From Sarea resinae (lineage: Eukaryota), in the NCBI GenBank assembly GCA_026026165.1, contig JAPEUD010000022.1, forward strand, positions 186,001 to 250,000: 64,000 bases of DNA, written 5' to 3'. The notes under the pieces were generated by a model. It ran no database searches, was not told the origin of the DNA, and worked only from the letters and a program-made list of their open reading frames with translations. A program made the translations under genes and the position numbers. Shown here piece after piece: positions 62,438-64,000 of this stretch. Numbering within the stretch: the first letter of the stretch is position 1; each line of letters starts with the position of its first letter.

Positions 62438-64000
62438 TCATGACAGAGAGGGCGAGGGTGCCACAAATGACTTTTTCCTGCTGAACATGGTGCGCGTGCG
62501 TGACTTATCCCGTGGTTTTTTCTCTGGGACGTCCTTTTTATTTGAGCGCCCGCGACCAGATTGAGCGTCAGCATCATCATTGTATTTAGATTTGTAGATC
62601 CTGGGTCTCGTTAGCATTTTCTCAATGAAACAGGGGACTAATCCAATTGGAGCAAGTACTCACCAACTGTTGCCAACCATGCTCATGCCTTTGCTTTCGG
62701 CCATTCGGTAGAATTTAGCGGCTTTCTTCAGGTCCTTTTTACAGCCAACACCTTGCGCGTAGCAAAAGCCTGCTTCGGCCATAGCATCGGCATCTCCCCA
62801 ATTGCCGGCAATTTCGAAACAGCGCAGCGCCAAAGATTTGTCCTGCTCGATGCCCCATCCATTAAGGTGGCTGACGCCAAGCTCATAGATACTCAAGGCG
62901 AATTGTGCTCTGCGCGTCTTCTTCTCGTTGACGTCGGTGGGCTTATCCTGATTAGCTTCATCTTCGTCGAGAGCCACTTCCAGACTCGCAAAGTCGGATG
63001 CCTTTCTCAGCCATTGCACACCCTCCTTCTGATTCGGCCTCATTCCCCATCCGTGCCGACAAGCTAAAGCGTACAAAAGCATAGCTGTAGGGTTATCCTG
63101 CTTGGCTGCTATTCTCAGGTGATAGGTTGATTCGTTCAAGGATCCACGCTCATGGCAAGCGATTCCCTTGGCAAGGTGATCTTCGGCGGAGAGATTGGCC
63201 GAGGTGGCAAGGGAGCGGTTAGAAGGAGCTTTGATTGTGCTGTTAGAGTCCACTGACGGAGTGTATGACTGTCGAACTGGTCCAGATAAGGGCTTAGTAG
63301 TAGGTGTCTCGGCGCTTGAGCGCTTCTGTCGGATTGTCTTATTGTCTGGAGTCCGTGGTCGTGGCCGATCTGATGCTGTACTCGGGCGAGGCGGTGAAGC
63401 AGGTGATGGGGGTCTGAGATCGGGAAAGGTCTCGCCGGAAAGAATATGGCTCGCCGCGTTGGGCTGCTCCCATTTGAATTGAGGGGAATCATTTTCAGCA
63501 TACACGACAGAACCTCGTTGAAGTAGCCTGCCGCGCGGCAAGGAGTATTTCGCATAGATGTAGGAAGGTGCTGGGCCATACGACTGGTCCGACGGTTCGA
63601 AATACTCCTCGCTGTTCATGCTTACTGGAGTGTGAGCGGTGTCATCTGTGAAAACATACGGCTGACTCTCGGACGAGGCTTGGCGGGAAGGGATATCAAA
63701 CGATGGCCGACTGGCTCGACTAAGAGGGCGAGAGAAGTTGAGAGCCGATCGAGGGCCACGACCTCCACCAATCGAATACTCTGAACTGATTGACGGGGAG
63801 CGGGGTGGCGCCATCCACGGAGACTGCGGTGACTGTGGCCTAGACATTCCGCTACTCGAAGAAAGTTTTCTAGTCCTCGAATCAAATGAAGTGCCCATCG
63901 ATCCAGATAGATCATCGTCCGAGTCTGCCGGGACCGATCGGATGCTTGCGGCTTGACGGACGTGAGGAGAGCGTGGAGGCGCCAGACCGCTCAAGGGGTG
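62438..64000 (-). CDS. SEL1-repeat protein (Dsf2/Nif1-like); start probably beyond the window end
   Basis: AMLLYALACRHGWGMRPN, IYELGVSHLNGWGIEQDK, AGFCYAQGVGCKKDLKKAAKFYRMAE; intron 62601-62663; last exon IYKSKY...RTMFSRKKSFVAPSPSLS. Confidence 0.88.

Overview
Gene-dense, intron-rich chromosomal segment from a filamentous ascomycete (Pezizomycotina, judged from short GT-AG introns with CTRAY branch points and the protein families; species not determinable). About 23 protein-coding genes were reconstructed by hand-splicing: AMS1 (3' part), TRR1, SNX4, KEX2, a PhoD-like protein, EAF6, a PWI/SR protein, an orphan ORF, a small two-exon gene missing from the ORF track, an FAH-family protein, MDM38, ADK2, a 227-aa hypothetical protein, TVP38, a CCCH-Smr protein, WSS1, a DUF1776 protein, a flavodoxin-like quinone reductase, an F-box protein, MEX67, ERV46, a DUF3712 protein and a SEL1-repeat protein (5' end possibly outside the window). 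No tRNA, rRNA, CRISPR array or intact transposon was recognised. The main finding is that the quinone reductase stop codon lies in the leaky UGA-CUAG context and is followed by a 79-codon in-frame extension ending GPCGLPAKCTIL-stop, a CaaX prenylation box; this suggests readthrough produces a lipid-anchored isoform. Other leads: a CUG-initiated mitochondrial-type presequence on TRR1, a ~400-nt multi-stem RNA-like element upstream of TRR1, a structured MEX67 intron, back-to-back introns (AG|GT) in the PWI gene, and a long UUCG-capped hairpin. Gene names come from recognised motifs, not database searches.
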